This document shows positions 62,575 through 64,000 of a DNA stretch of 64,000 bases, piece after piece. The DNA comes from Clostridia bacterium (GTDB taxonomy: Bacteria; Bacillota; Clostridia; Oscillospirales; Butyricicoccaceae). The notes under the pieces are model-generated. The model was not told the DNA's origin. It saw nothing but the letters and a program-made list of their open reading frames with translations, and did no database searches. How positions within the stretch are numbered: the first letter of the stretch is position 1; the number at the start of each line of letters is the position of its first letter. A program made the translations under genes and the position numbers. The DNA lies in the NCBI GenBank assembly GCA_017441945.1, contig JAFSBG010000165.1, positions 1,214 to 65,213 on the forward strand, read 5' to 3'.

Positions 62575-63321
62575 TTATGTGTGTGCCATGCCGTCGACAC
62601 TGAGCACAACGCCTGTGATATAGGATGCATCGTCGGATGCTAAGAATACGAAAGCGTTTGCGATGTCCTCTGGCTGGCCGAGTCTGCGGAGAGGAATATT
62701 TTTGATGAGAGGCTCGATGACTTCCTTTGGCACAGCCTTCATCATATCTGTTTCGATGATGCCCGGAGCAACTGCGTTGACGCGGATGCCCTTTGGACCG
62801 AGCTCACGAGCGAGAGAAACTGTGAGACCGTTTACTGCAAACTTGGAAACAGGGTATGCAAGACCGGATGGCTGACCGTGCTTGCTGACCATTGAAGATG
62901 TGGAAAGAATAACGCCTGTGCCGCGTGCCAGCATACATTCGGAAGCTGCGCGGATAGAATTGAAAACGCCCTTTACATTGAGGTCCATGACCTTATCGAA
63001 CATTTCCTCTGTATATTCTGTAAACGGTGTGCTTTCCGAAACGCCTGCGTTATTGACGAGAATGTCAACACAGCCGAAAGTTTTGCGGATATGGCTGAAA
63101 GCCTGGCGTACAGATTCAAGACTTGCAAGGTCAGGCGCGATGCCTGCGATTTTGCTTTCAGGATATTTTTCACGAAGCTGATTTACCGCCTTATCTGCCG
63201 AAGCCTGTGAACTTGCTGCGATGATTACCGTTGCGCCTTCACGAAGGAATGCGTCTGCTGTTGCATAGCCGATACCACGGCTGCCGCCTGTTATGAGAGC
63301 TATCTTACCCTTGAGTTTCAT
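62575..63321 (-). CDS. SDR family oxidoreductase (FabG-like)
   Basis: 248 aa with TGGSRGIG cofactor motif, NNAG, and a catalytic YPVSK (YxxxK). Confidence 0.9.
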   Translation of the reverse strand: MKLKGKIALITGGSRGIGYATADAFLREGATVIIAASSQASADKAVNQLREKYPESKIAGIAPDLASLESVRQAFSHIRKTFGCVDILVNNAGVSESTPFTEYTEEMFDKVMDLNVKGVFNSIRAASECMLARGTGVILSTSSMVSKHGQPSGLAYPVSKFAVNGLTVSLARELGPKGIRVNAVAPGIIETDMMKAVPKEVIEPLIKNIPLRRLGQPEDIANAFVFLASDDASYITGVVLSVDGMAHT

Positions 63322-63424
63322 AATTTTTCCTCCTGTATAACTTTAATTTTATCTTGGCTAAAGTATACCATAATAGTGTACTATTGTCAATAGGCAAATT
63401 ACACTTTTTTAGTAAAAATTAAAA

Positions 63425-63830
63425 TATTTTTTTACCTCCCGGAAAAAGGGGCCCCGCAAAGCTTGCTTTGTGGGGTGGCTCTAAGAGGGAGGCGGGAAAA
63501 GATGTACCTGCGATGCATCAGATAAGGCGTGACGAGTAATGCTCGCCCCTACAAGAAAGCCAATGTAGGGGAGGCGTTCCGCCTCCCCTACATGGGATTG
63601 TGCGTAGGGTACGGCTGCCTCCCTTGCCTAAAGGGAGGGGGACCATCGGAACGATGGTGGAGGGATTCATGACGTACCGCTTGTCACACATTATATCCGC
63701 ATCACACGCAGTGTGTATATAATCGGTGTCTGCGACGCATTAAATAAAATTCTCTCCCTCCGTCTTGCTACGCAAGCCACCTCCCTCCTCAGAGGGAGGC
63801 AAGAATAAGATTGTGCAAACGGGACGGATT
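63425..63830. repeat. intergenic hairpin mosaic Z
   Basis: GGGGCCCCGCAAAGCTTGCTTTGTGGGG.., CTGCGATGCATCAGATAAGG, REP 63531-63552, and the double-headed palindromic REP 63565-63591 (GTAGGGGAGGCGTTCCGCCTCCCCTAC). Also GTAGGGTACGGCTGCCTCCC, reversed GGGGGACCATCGGAACGATGGTGGAGGG, a GTGTATATAATC array remnant, and CTCCCTCCGTCTTGCTACGCAAGCCACCTCCCTCCTCAGAGGGAGGCAAGA. Confidence 0.85.
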
Positions 63831-64000
63831 TTACACCAACTGATAAAACAGTCCGTGGTTTGTGCAGTACCAGACAAGCTTGCCGTGGCCACGCTTCTGT
63901 ATGCGGACATTCATATCCCATTCGGGATAGGTTTTCACCATGACGAGCTTCTCCCCCGTTGCGAAAGCGACGAAAGAAATATAGTGCTCCTTTGTCATCG
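63831..64000 (-). CDS. desulfoferrodoxin/superoxide reductase-like protein, C-terminal 55 codons (gene continues past the window end)
   Basis: Hand translation gives ..MTKEHYISFVAFATGEKLVMVKTYPEWDMNVRIQKRGHGKLVWYCTNHGLFYQLV*. The EHYI..F and YCN.HGL blocks resemble SOR C-termini. It is truncated by the window, so the call is tentative. Confidence 0.45.
   Translation of the reverse strand, partial: MTKEHYISFVAFATGEKLVMVKTYPEWDMNVRIQKRGHGKLVWYCTNHGLFYQLV

Noticed and set aside
63691-63921. 76-aa minus-strand ORF near the window end
   Set aside because: It is out of frame with the better-supported SOR-like C-terminal reading frame (63831-64000) and extends into repeat modules.

Overview
This 64-kb chromosomal window comes from an anaerobic Firmicute, judged from Clostridia-like gene content: type III glutamine synthetase, PFOR/NifJ, ClpB, MetRS-TatD, MreC/MreD/PBP2, DegV, YitT, PnuC and an ECF S-component. 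G+C is about 50-55% by spot counts. I support about 58 protein genes, one tRNA-Arg(CCG) and one cobalamin riboswitch. I found no rRNA, CRISPR array, integrase or classical IS.

Two things stand out.

(1) Hairpin-repeat mosaics with a cognate RAYT gene. Nearly every intergenic gap is filled with a mosaic of short hairpin repeats. I delineated 26 such gaps by hand, roughly 8-9 kb or about 14% of the window. The mosaics contain:
- at least ~50 REP-like palindromes headed by GTAG/CCCTAC, in five or more families with compensated stems;
- 'constant word + variable mini-hairpin' arrays (words GCGATAT, ATGAATT, TAAATT, GTATGTAATC);
- about ten further recurrent modules, all strung together in a recurring order.
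A REP-associated tyrosine transposase (RAYT, HUH/Y1) gene lies at 10451-10945. It carries two inverted REP copies in frame inside its own coding sequence.

(2) A low-G+C island. A ~3.2-kb island (~11531-14715, 20-38% G+C by spot counts) has truncated a resident gene. It encodes a radical-SAM enzyme convergent with a PD-(D/E)XK nuclease and a single-HKD PLD nuclease, with no methyltransferase. I read it as a candidate unnamed restriction/defence module. The PLD gene appears interrupted by an in-frame stop at codon 13.

Smaller oddities:
- mreC and mreD are split by an AI-2E transporter gene flanked by repeats.
- Two paralogous membrane-anchored XRE regulators bracket a DUF4418/FtsX/ABC module.
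- Three tandem DUF975-like paralogues each carry their own repeat array.
- An overlapping three-gene lipid-acyltransferase/PAP2 operon is present.
- A CxxC-less thioredoxin, a DivIVA-like protein and an orphan hydro-lyase beta subunit form one operon.

CDS coordinates follow the ORF track, with starts re-chosen by RBS where stated. Hand-located RNA and repeat coordinates are good to about +/-2 nt. Mosaic boundaries are approximate.
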